From contig OY729426.1 in NCBI GenBank assembly GCA_963422365.1, positions 896,001 to 960,000 on the forward strand: 64,000 nt of DNA, given 5' to 3'. A program made the position numbers and the translations under genes. Positions 52,137-60,364 of the stretch are shown in pieces. The DNA comes from Nitrospirales bacterium (GTDB lineage Bacteria > Nitrospirota > Nitrospiria > Nitrospirales > UBA8639). Under the pieces are notes generated by a model. It saw only the letters and a program-made list of their open reading frames with translations. It was not told where the DNA came from and made no database searches. Numbering within the stretch: the first letter of the stretch is position 1; every line of letters starts with the position of its first letter.

Positions 52137-52511
52137 ATGAAGCCCGCTGATTATTTCTATCTGCTTCTGGCGCCCGTACTGCTGTCCGCCGGACAGGTCC
52201 TGTTTAAGAAAACGGCGGACGCGGCGGTCACGCATTCGCTGTCCCGATTTCTCGGCTCGCTGCTCGCCAGCCCGCACTTCTGGGCCGCCCTTTTCATTTA
52301 CGGCGCGGCGACGCTTTTGTGGGTGTTCACGCTGTCCCGCGTGCCGCTCGGCCGGGCCATGCCCTTCGTCGCCCTGACCTTCGTCATCGTGCCATTGATT
52401 GGCGCGGCGTTCTTCGGCGAGCGGCTGAACCTTCTGTACTGGCTGGGCGTCTGCGTCATCGTCATCGGCGTTTGCATGACGGTCGCGGCTCAGGCCGCGG
52501 CCGCAAGATAG
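52137..52511 (+). CDS. Small EamA/SMR-like transporter (ArnE/F-like undecaprenyl-phosphate-sugar flippase candidate)
   Basis: 124 aa, 4 TMs, GQVLFK, LW...LSRVPL..A.PF, FFGERL, W.G...I..GV. Confidence 0.8.
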   Translation: MKPADYFYLLLAPVLLSAGQVLFKKTADAAVTHSLSRFLGSLLASPHFWAALFIYGAATLLWVFTLSRVPLGRAMPFVALTFVIVPLIGAAFFGERLNLLYWLGVCVIVIGVCMTVAAQAAAAR

Positions 52512-52710
52512 CGAGCTTTGCGCGCGGACGGATTCGAAATCATGCAATGGTGCGGGCTTGCTTGGTGCCTGACGCTTCTGGCGCTGGCGGTTACTTTCGG
52601 CGCGCTCTGTGCTTTCTTCCATTGGCGAACGATTTTGATGGTGACGGTGAGAAGGGATAAAGCCGTCTACGAGCTTGCAGGGCGGCGATTGGGTATAGTA
52701 TGGCTTTGAT

Positions 52711-55068
52711 ATGGTCCTGGAATCGCCCTCAATGGAAATGCGTAGGCACCGTCCCACATTGACGAAGATGGCGCACAGGGTTCTCGTTGTCTTTATCCTC
52801 TCGAAATGTGCTGCACTCGACGTAATGGCGCAGCCGGCATTCAAGCTTGAACCGATCGCCGATGGCGCGGCATTCGCGAAACGGGCCGATCTGGCCCCGG
52901 GCGACACCCTCGAACTGGCCGTCCATGCAAAGAACGCCCGCCGCCTAACCTTCCAGATAGAGCGAATCGGGCGGAAATATGAGCACCAGCCCGCGGAACA
53001 CTGTTATGACGGGATCGGCGGGGATGCCATAGCGGATTATCCGGTTCAGATAGGTTGCCCTTCCAGCCATATACGGAGAGGCTGGTTCAACTGCCGTTCA
53101 TGCAACGGCGTATGGCTTGCGTCCGTGAACAGCGACGCTGAATGCCGATGGTTCATGCTGCGGCTACCGCAGCCCGCCAAGTTACCAGCCCTACACGCCC
53201 CCCCAAGTCCCTTACCCCCACTTTCCCTAATGGCAGGCCCACAGCCCGCGCCGGTGATTCAGGAATTCCGCGGCAACCGCTATGTGTCGTTTGCCACGTG
53301 GGAATACAACGTTAAGGTGCCCATTCCGGAAGACTGGCCAAATGGCTTCTACAGATTCGTTGTGTTCTCTCCCAATGGAGCCGTGCAAGAAAGGGTACCG
53401 TTCCATGTTGAGAACCTATCCAAGCCGGCGGCGGTATGCTTCGTGTCCTCTCACCTGACTGCGGCGGCGTACAATACAGCCTTTGGAGCGAGCCTTTACA
53501 AAGGGTTCGACGGGGATGCGTACCAGTCCAAGTTGCGAGCTTCCGCCGTCACCATGCAGCGGCCGCGAAGCGCCTATTATTCCCATATCTGGCCGGCTGT
53601 GAAATTTATCGAACGTTTGGATGTACCAATCCGCTATACAACGACCCTGGCGGTTCACAAAGACCCGACCTTGCTCGATGGGTGCCGCGCTATCGTTCTA
53701 GCCTTTCATCCCGAGTACATATCGGCCCGGCTGCGTAATGCCATTGTGGAGGCCATCGAGCGGGGTGTGCATCTGTTGTCCTTCTCCGCCAATGCCTTCT
53801 ACTGGCGGGTGGAGTTGGATCAAGACGCCTACGGCCACGACATCATGATCCTTGATAGGGCTGGCGGCGATCAGTGGAGAAACCAGGGCACTTTATTCAG
53901 CGAACAAAACATCTTCGGAGCCCAGTATATAAGTGGCGCCTGGGGCGGCGAACCTATGCCCTTTGTTGTGGAACCCCGTATGGGCGCCCATGAAACGCCG
54001 GACCCGGGACTTATGTCACATTGGATATTCGAGGGCACGGGATTGCGTTTCGGAGACAGAATCGCCGACCTAATGAGCGGGGAGGTTGACTCGCTTGATC
54101 CGTCCTTCCCTGTTCCTGACGTGCAGGAGCAGATTGTGTTCCTCTCCCCTTACTACAATCATGAAGGAAAAGAGTTCATGGCGCACACGTCGTACTTCAT
54201 GCGCCCGAGCGGCCAGATGACTTTTCATTCGGCGTCGTTGCGGTTCCAGCACGCCTTGGCGTCCGCAAAGGAACCGGAAAGGAAAATCCAGCGGATGATC
54301 AAGAATATCCTGAGGAAGATGCTGCATCCGGACGACGGACTCATATCCAAAAGCAGCAGCAAGGATTCGCACACCTTCCGCTATGCCAAGTCTCATCTGC
54401 ACGACGGCCGTATCTGGAGCAATCGCAGCGATATGTCCTATTTCCCGATGTATATAAGGGAAAAGGTTTACTCACTGCCGACATCTCTACCGTATCCGGA
54501 CGACGTGTGTCGCTGGGTCGGCTGTGGCGCCACAGGATCTAATGTCTATCTCGTCTGGTTCTACGAGGCAGAAACGTCACGTTACGAATACGGACCCAAG
54601 GAGCTTGCCGCATCGTTGCCCGGCATGCAGGTCGAGGCGACTCTGGAGGATGGAATCATATTCAAGATCAGCAAGGATTCATGCAACAATACGGAACATC
54701 TGGATAAAAAGACAATTCTGGAGACTATCGGCGAGGACGCCCGACTGCTTACCCGCTCTGACTTTGATGTGTATCAGGACAAGAACGAAAACAGGCTGAT
54801 TTACGTCCGGGAGGAATGTGGCGGCGAAGATAGTCGCCCTGAATTTTTTCTGCACATCTTCCCCGTGAACAGAGCAGACCTCCCTGCAGAGCGCCGCCGC
54901 TTTACTTATGACAATTTGGATTTTTGCTTCGATTATCACGGGTTTCATGACGGTGCGCGTTGCGTGGCGGTGCGTGATCTTCCCGACTATCCCATTGCCC
55001 GCATCCGAACCGGCCAGTTCATACAGGGTCAAGGCAGACTGTGGACGAGTGAATTCAATCCCGATTGA
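52711..55068 (+). CDS. N,N-dimethylformamidase beta-subunit-like domain fused to a GT-C-type periplasmic tail and a two-Cys module
   Basis: T..AYN..GASLY, VTMQRP, HPEY, FSANAFYWRVE, HWIFEGTGL..GD..GEVD. The tail is paralogous to the 49774 gene. Confidence 0.7.
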   Translation: MVLESPSMEMRRHRPTLTKMAHRVLVVFILSKCAALDVMAQPAFKLEPIADGAAFAKRADLAPGDTLELAVHAKNARRLTFQIERIGRKYEHQPAEHCYDGIGGDAIADYPVQIGCPSSHIRRGWFNCRSCNGVWLASVNSDAECRWFMLRLPQPAKLPALHAPPSPLPPLSLMAGPQPAPVIQEFRGNRYVSFATWEYNVKVPIPEDWPNGFYRFVVFSPNGAVQERVPFHVENLSKPAAVCFVSSHLTAAAYNTAFGASLYKGFDGDAYQSKLRASAVTMQRPRSAYYSHIWPAVKFIERLDVPIRYTTTLAVHKDPTLLDGCRAIVLAFHPEYISARLRNAIVEAIERGVHLLSFSANAFYWRVELDQDAYGHDIMILDRAGGDQWRNQGTLFSEQNIFGAQYISGAWGGEPMPFVVEPRMGAHETPDPGLMSHWIFEGTGLRFGDRIADLMSGEVDSLDPSFPVPDVQEQIVFLSPYYNHEGKEFMAHTSYFMRPSGQMTFHSASLRFQHALASAKEPERKIQRMIKNILRKMLHPDDGLISKSSSKDSHTFRYAKSHLHDGRIWSNRSDMSYFPMYIREKVYSLPTSLPYPDDVCRWVGCGATGSNVYLVWFYEAETSRYEYGPKELAASLPGMQVEATLEDGIIFKISKDSCNNTEHLDKKTILETIGEDARLLTRSDFDVYQDKNENRLIYVREECGGEDSRPEFFLHIFPVNRADLPAERRRFTYDNLDFCFDYHGFHDGARCVAVRDLPDYPIARIRTGQFIQGQGRLWTSEFNPD

Positions 55069-55115
55069 TGGACAGTCTCATCGTGACCAAACCACAAACC
55101 GCAGCGTGAAATGCC

Positions 55116-55483
55116 ATGAAGCCCGCCGATTACTTTTATCTGCTTCTGGTGCCTGTGCTGTTGTCCGCCAGACAGGTATTGTTCAAGAAAACAGCGGACG
55201 CGGCGGTCACGCATTCGCTGTCCCGGTTTCTCGGTTCGCTGCTCGCTAGTCCGCACTTCCGGGTCGCCCGTGCGTGTACGGCGCGGCGACATTGCTGTGG
55301 GTGTTCATGTTGTCCCGGGCGCCGCTCAGCCGGGCGATGCCCTTCATCGCCCTGACCTTCGTTATCGTTCCGGCGGTCGGCGTGGCGTTCTTCGGCGAAC
55401 GGCTGAATTTCATGTACTGGCTCGGTGTCTGCGTCATCGTCATCGGCGTTTGCATGACGGTCGCGGCTCAGGGTTCGCGGTGA
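55116..55483 (+). pseudogene. Second copy of the EamA/SMR-like transporter, frameshifted
   Basis: Near-identical to 52137-52511 but with a net 1-nt deletion near 55260-55277 that splits it into two ORFs. Confidence 0.85.
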
Positions 55484-55559
55484 GGGCATGAGGATGACAG
55501 GATCTGCATCGGGCAACCTGGCGCTCGGCGTTCTGGGCGAGGCGCTTGTCCTGTTGCGG

Positions 55560-56890
55560 GAAGTCAACTGCGGCGCCGAGGGCGACTACCGCTGCGTGTA
55601 CGCAAATGTCGAAGCCGGGCAGACAGGTCGTGAGGATGCGGGCGATTCTCAGCGAACTGGCGTTGCAGGCCTGGGTGGGGCTTCGGGATGAATTCCTGGA
55701 CCTGGTCTGGTTCGACATATTGGAACAGTCGGGACCCGATGGCGCACTGAGGGAAATCCTGAGCCGCTGCTCTCAGGCTGACCCGCGCTCCCTGGTGCTG
55801 CTCATCGACGAGATTGATGCTTTGATTGGCGACACCCTGCTGTCCGTGCTGCGCCAACTGCGGCTGCGTCCGGCGAGTTTTCCGTAAAGTATCATCTTGT
55901 GCGGGGTGCGCGACTACCGCATCCATTCCAGCGCCGAACAGGCCATCATCGACGGTGGCAGCGCCTTCAACATCAAAGCCGCGTCCTTACGCCTTGGCGA
56001 TTTCTCAGAGAGGGAAGTGCGTGCGCTGCTTGTCCAACATACCGAGGAAACAGGCCAGGCGTTTACCGAGGAGGCCTTGAAGGATGAACAGCCATGGCTG
56101 GTCAACGCACTCGGCTCTCAGACCTGTTTTGAGAGCAACGCCGGTCACGGTCGAGGCCGTCACCAAAGCGCGGGAAGAACTCATCCTGCGCCGCGAGACG
56201 CATCTGGACCAGCTCACGGACAAGCTGCAAGAAGACAGGGTACGGCGGGTGGTTGAACCCTTGTTGAGCGGAGGCGACGAGCGCGACTTCTTTGCCCACG
56301 ACCTGGAGTAGGTTCGCGACCTGGGCCTTATCGCGATAGACTCACCGCTGCGCATTGCCAATCTCATCTATGCGGAAGTCGTGCCATGGGATCTCGCCTA
56401 TGCTGCTCAGGAAGGATTTGTGGAGGACACCGCTTGGTATGTGAACACCGATGGCGGTCTGAACGTCGAAAAGCTGTTGGCCGCCTTCCGGACATTCTTC
56501 CGCGAACACTCGGAGCACTAGGTAGCCCGCTTCGACTACCAGGAGGCCGGGCCACAATTATTGTTGCAGGCGTTCCTGCAACGGATTGTGAACGGCGGCG
56601 GGCGTATAGAGCGGCAATATGGTCTGGGTCGAAAACGCACTGATCTGTTAATCATCTGGCCACAAGGTGAACGCACGCGCAAGTTCGTGGTCGAGTGCAA
56701 GGTTTTGCATAAGAGCCTGGAGCACATTATTCGCGCCGGGCTTGAGCAGACCGCCGACTACATGGATCTCTGTGCAGAGGCTGGGCACCTGATTATCTTC
56801 GATCTTGGCGAGGGCCGCTGGGAAGACAAGATATTCCTCCGCCACGAGTCAACCGGCACTGTTGAAATCGAGGTGTGGGGGGATGTAACG
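55560..56890 (+). pseudogene. AAA ATPase plus PD-(D/E)XK-like nuclease protein, decayed
   Basis: Fragments across frames: YRCVYANVEAGQ, Walker B LVLLIDEIDAL, LRQLR, GSAFNIKA, QPWLVNAL, RRETHLDQL, QAFLQRIVNGGGRIER.YGLGR.RTDL, VVECK. Several stops and frameshifts. Walker A region not seen. Confidence 0.75.
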
Positions 56891-56948
56891 TCCGTTACGG
56901 CACTAGGACGGATTGAGGAGCTTCCCGTAATTATGGGAATATGGTGGC

Positions 56949-57215
56949 ATGAAGACGACTATTGAACTCCATGACGCCACGTTTCGTCAGGCCAAGGCTC
57001 TTGCCGCTGACCGCGGTGTCATCTTGAAGCGGCTCTTCACCGAAGCACTTGACAACCAGTTCCACCGATGCGCGAACGAAACCCGTGCCGGCGAAACTGG
57101 GGTTACCTGGATGGCAGGGTTCTGAGCGCTATCGGGCCTCTCCGACGAGAACGGTCGTGTTCTCGATGCGATCGAGGAAGAGTTCGAGAGGCTCGACCAC
57201 GAAGACATTGCATGA
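56949..57215 (+). pseudogene. RHH/VapB-like antitoxin with internal stop
   Basis: MKTTIELHDATFRQAKALAADRGVILKRLFTEAL..WMAGF*ALS..IEEEFE. TGA at 57123. Terminal ATGA overlap but no PIN toxin follows. Confidence 0.6.
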
Positions 57216-57796
57216 TCGGGGGTTTCTTCATAGGTTTGCTTGGACTGCCGTCCGGCAGTCCAAGCAAACCTATGTCGTCGCGGCGGCGGTGCTGTTCACC
57301 TAGGGCTTGCCCATGCTGCGCGTGGCGCTGCTGGCGGCGGTCATCCTCGTCTTCTTCAGTGGCATGGATCTGCTGAAAATCTTCATCTACGAAGGATAGC
57401 CGGACGTGATTCCATTCCTATGGGAACAATGCGGTGCAAGGGGGTTTTATTCATTGGAACCGCTCCTGGGGAGTTCATCTGAATGTCCAAGGGGTGCTGC
57501 CGACCTCCATGTGGAGCCCACAACATCGCATTCCATCCGTGCTCGCGCCGTTGCTGATGATGTAGCGTCGCCGCCACCCCCGCTTTCTGGCCGACCCCGG
57601 CCTGTTCCGGCGACGCTGCTGTCCTTCTCCTCGGTCTACGGCCTTTACGACAAGACAGGGTCTCTACCGAGGTGACCTGTCTTTCCGGGATCATGCTGAC
57701 CTTTGACAGCATAGTGGTCTTCGTGCAGGAAGGCCGCTTCCGACAGTTGCGTGTCAAGTCAGGCATGGCGCTTGCTGCCCTTTATCATCCACAGGG

Positions 57797-58405
57797 CTAG
57801 GGCATGACGTCGAGTTCAGCTAAGACTTCCTCCAAGTGACCGTTCACTTTGACCTTCTGAAAGATATCATCGATTTTCCCTTGCTCATCGATAATGAACG
57901 TCGTGCGCTCGATTCCCATAAATTTCCGGCCGTACAGCGATTTTTCTTTCCACACGCCATAGGCCTGCAACATGGTCTTCTTTTCATCACTGAGCAAGGG
58001 GAAATTAAGATTGAACTTTTTCGTAAACTTTTTGTGAGATTCCACGGAATCTCCACTGACCCCCAACACCACGGCACCGCTGGTATGAATTTCATCCAAG
58101 CCATCACGAAAGGCGCAGGATTCTTTGGTGCAACCCGGAGTATCATCTTTAGGATAAAAATACAGCACGACCTTCTTCCCCTTGAAATCAGAGAGACGCA
58201 TGATTTTCCCCTCTTGATTCGGCAAGGAAAAGGCCGGTGCCTTTTGTCCTATTTTGACCTGCACCGTTGAACGTCCGGGGACGGACTTCACGGCTTTCGT
58301 CTTTTTCGCTTGACGGCTGGTGGGCGTGGTTGATTGTTCTGTTATAGGTTTTTTCGTTCCTTCGGATGCCGTTGGTTTGTTTGTTGCTTTGGTTTTGTGG
58401 GCCAC
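57797..58405 (-). CDS. bcp: Thioredoxin-dependent peroxiredoxin Bcp/PrxQ
   Basis: VLYFYPKDDTPGCTKESC, RTTFIID. Basic low-complexity N-terminal extension. Confidence 0.93.
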   Translation of the reverse strand: MAHKTKATNKPTASEGTKKPITEQSTTPTSRQAKKTKAVKSVPGRSTVQVKIGQKAPAFSLPNQEGKIMRLSDFKGKKVVLYFYPKDDTPGCTKESCAFRDGLDEIHTSGAVVLGVSGDSVESHKKFTKKFNLNFPLLSDEKKTMLQAYGVWKEKSLYGRKFMGIERTTFIIDEQGKIDDIFQKVKVNGHLEEVLAELDVMP

Positions 58406-58561
58406 GACTGCCCCCCTTCCTTGGTCACTTCATTTTTCGTAACAAGCATTCAGGCACTCAGTTTGTTTCACAAGCGGACCTTCTTCCCCGACCAAACGAT
58501 GAAAGTTTATGATATACCAAGGCTAAAAGAAAAGGCACAATCCCATCACGGTGAGGTCCAC

Positions 58562-59740
58562 GTGCAACTCGTGGTCGATGAAGAGATTCCGTTTGCTCGG
58601 GAAGCGTTTTCACATCTTGGCTCTGTGACCTTGCTTCCGGGACGAGCCATGACCCATGAGACGCTTCAGGAAGCCCACGTACTGATTGTCCGATCCGTCA
58701 CCAAGGTCAATGCCACGCTGTTAGCCGATACCAACGTGCAATTTGTGGGAACAGCGACCACGGGCGTTGAGCACGTTGACCAAACGTATTTAGCCGCTCG
58801 GAACATCGGGTTTGCTGCGGCCCTCGGTTGTAATGCGAATGCTGTCGCAGAATACGTGCTGACGGCCTTGCTTATGACGGCCCACCCCAATGGCCTCGTC
58901 CTCAGCGGAAAAACGATAGGGATCATTGGTGTCGGCCGAATCGGCAGCCTTGTGGCGGCTAAGGCGCATGCATTGGGCATGCAGACTCTTCTTCATGATC
59001 CGCCATCGGCGCGAGAAACCGGTAATCGACAATATCGGCCACTCGCTGAGGTCATACAAGCCGACTTCCTGACCCTTCACGTCCCCTTGATGCTCGATGG
59101 GCCTGACGCGACGTTTCATTTGATCGGAGAAGATGAACTTTCTCACATGTCTCCATTTTCCATGCTGATCAATACTGCACGAGGAGAAGTTGTGGACAAT
59201 GATGCCCTGCTTGAGACCTTGACCAGGCGTACCGTAGTGGGAGCGATCATGGATGTCTGGGAAAGGGAACCTTCTCTCAACTGGGATCTTCTGAACCACG
59301 TCACTCTTGGCACACCACACATTGCCGGCTACTCCTCTGACGGAAAAATCAAGGGAACGGTGATGCTGTACCACGCCTGCTGCCGTTTTTGGGGGATTGA
59401 GCCGACCTGGACGCCTCCCCCGGATCTTATAGATCCGGTACCGTCAACAACTCTCGCATCCGGGAACTCGCCCGAGATTGAATTTGATGCGACCGGCAAG
59501 GATTTCCAAACTCTCGCCCATGACATTACCGCGACGCTTTATGACCTCCAGGGAGACCATGCGCGGATGAGGGAAGTGCTCGCTCTTCCCAAGCCACTGC
59601 GGCCACAGGCATTCGACCGGCTCCGAAGGGACTATTCGCATCGAAGGGAATTCGCCTCCTCACCAATCGCCATCAAGGGTGGAGATCGAAACCTGTTTGC
59701 CCGATTACACGCCTTGGGAATCAACGCGAGACAACCCTGA
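58562..59740 (+). CDS. pdxB: Erythronate-4-phosphate dehydrogenase
   Basis: VDEEIPF, VRSVTKV, GCNANAVAEY, GIIGVGRIG, PHIAGYS..GK..GT, FDRLRRDY..RREF. GTG 58562 follows GAGG. Confidence 0.9.
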   Translation: MQLVVDEEIPFAREAFSHLGSVTLLPGRAMTHETLQEAHVLIVRSVTKVNATLLADTNVQFVGTATTGVEHVDQTYLAARNIGFAAALGCNANAVAEYVLTALLMTAHPNGLVLSGKTIGIIGVGRIGSLVAAKAHALGMQTLLHDPPSARETGNRQYRPLAEVIQADFLTLHVPLMLDGPDATFHLIGEDELSHMSPFSMLINTARGEVVDNDALLETLTRRTVVGAIMDVWEREPSLNWDLLNHVTLGTPHIAGYSSDGKIKGTVMLYHACCRFWGIEPTWTPPPDLIDPVPSTTLASGNSPEIEFDATGKDFQTLAHDITATLYDLQGDHARMREVLALPKPLRPQAFDRLRRDYSHRREFASSPIAIKGGDRNLFARLHALGINARQP

Positions 59741-59760
59741 GCCATGTATCGAAAATGGTA

Positions 59761-59812
59761 TTGACACAGGATTGTTGAACTCCTATAATTACATATTTCC
59801 TATCGGAAATAT
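59761..59812 (+). promoter_or_regulatory. Consensus sigma70 promoter plus palindromic operator for the Rrf2/sulfur operon
   Basis: TTGACA (59761), 17 bp, TATAAT (59784), then ATATTTCC-TATC-GGAAATAT (59793-59812) over the expected start site. Confidence 0.8.
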
Positions 59813-59822
59813 ATGAATTGGC

Positions 59823-60278
59823 ATGCTCAAGGTTCCACTTAAAGTGACGTATGCGATCTTTGCGACCCTGGATCTCGCCTTGCGATACGGGGAGGGACCG
59901 ATTCAAGCCAAGATGATTGCCAGAAGGCAAACCATCCCTCCACGCTTTATTGAGCAAGTACTTCATGCCTTAAAGCAAGGTGGCATAGTTGACAGCCTCA
60001 GGGGCCCCCAAGGAGGATACGTGCTGCGGCAACCGCCATCTGAGGTTTCCTTAGCCGCCGTTGTTGAAACGATGAACGGCCAAGCTGAACCGGAAACACA
60101 AGCGGGAAGCACGAACGGCCATTCCTTGCGGCCTCTCCATCAAGAGGCCTTATTATCGACACTCTGGGATCGCGTGTACCAAGCCGAACGAGAGGTGTTG
60201 AGTTCGGTCACGCTTCAATCTTTGATCGAACAATATATGCAGCTCGAACAAACGCGCGCGCCGATGTATCACATTTAA
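59823..60278 (+). CDS. Rrf2 family transcriptional regulator (CymR-like, no Fe-S Cys triad)
   Basis: IA.RQTIP.RFIEQV...LK..G.V.S.RGPQGGY.L, C-terminal MYHI. No Cys residues. Confidence 0.9.
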   Translation: MLKVPLKVTYAIFATLDLALRYGEGPIQAKMIARRQTIPPRFIEQVLHALKQGGIVDSLRGPQGGYVLRQPPSEVSLAAVVETMNGQAEPETQAGSTNGHSLRPLHQEALLSTLWDRVYQAEREVLSSVTLQSLIEQYMQLEQTRAPMYHI

Positions 60279-60364
60279 CGTTGCGGACGTTGAGGGAACA
60301 CTCCCCATTGACAATAAGCCAACCACCATGACGTATGACGAGCAGCTCATTCTGGAGGCACATC

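Noticed and set aside
45669..55472. CRISPR array, DGR or invertase shufflon as the explanation of the repeats
   Set aside because: The repeats are long, direct and coding. There are no regular short repeat-spacer units, no reverse transcriptase or recombinase, and no obvious adenine-specific mismatch pattern.
57123..57125. In-frame TGA as selenocysteine or recoding
   Set aside because: The context (MAGF*AL) fits a Gly-to-stop mutation in a decaying region, and no SECIS-like hairpin is evident.
58334..58561. N-terminal extension of pdxB
   Set aside because: Overlaps the divergent bcp start. Homology begins at GTG 58562, which has an RBS.
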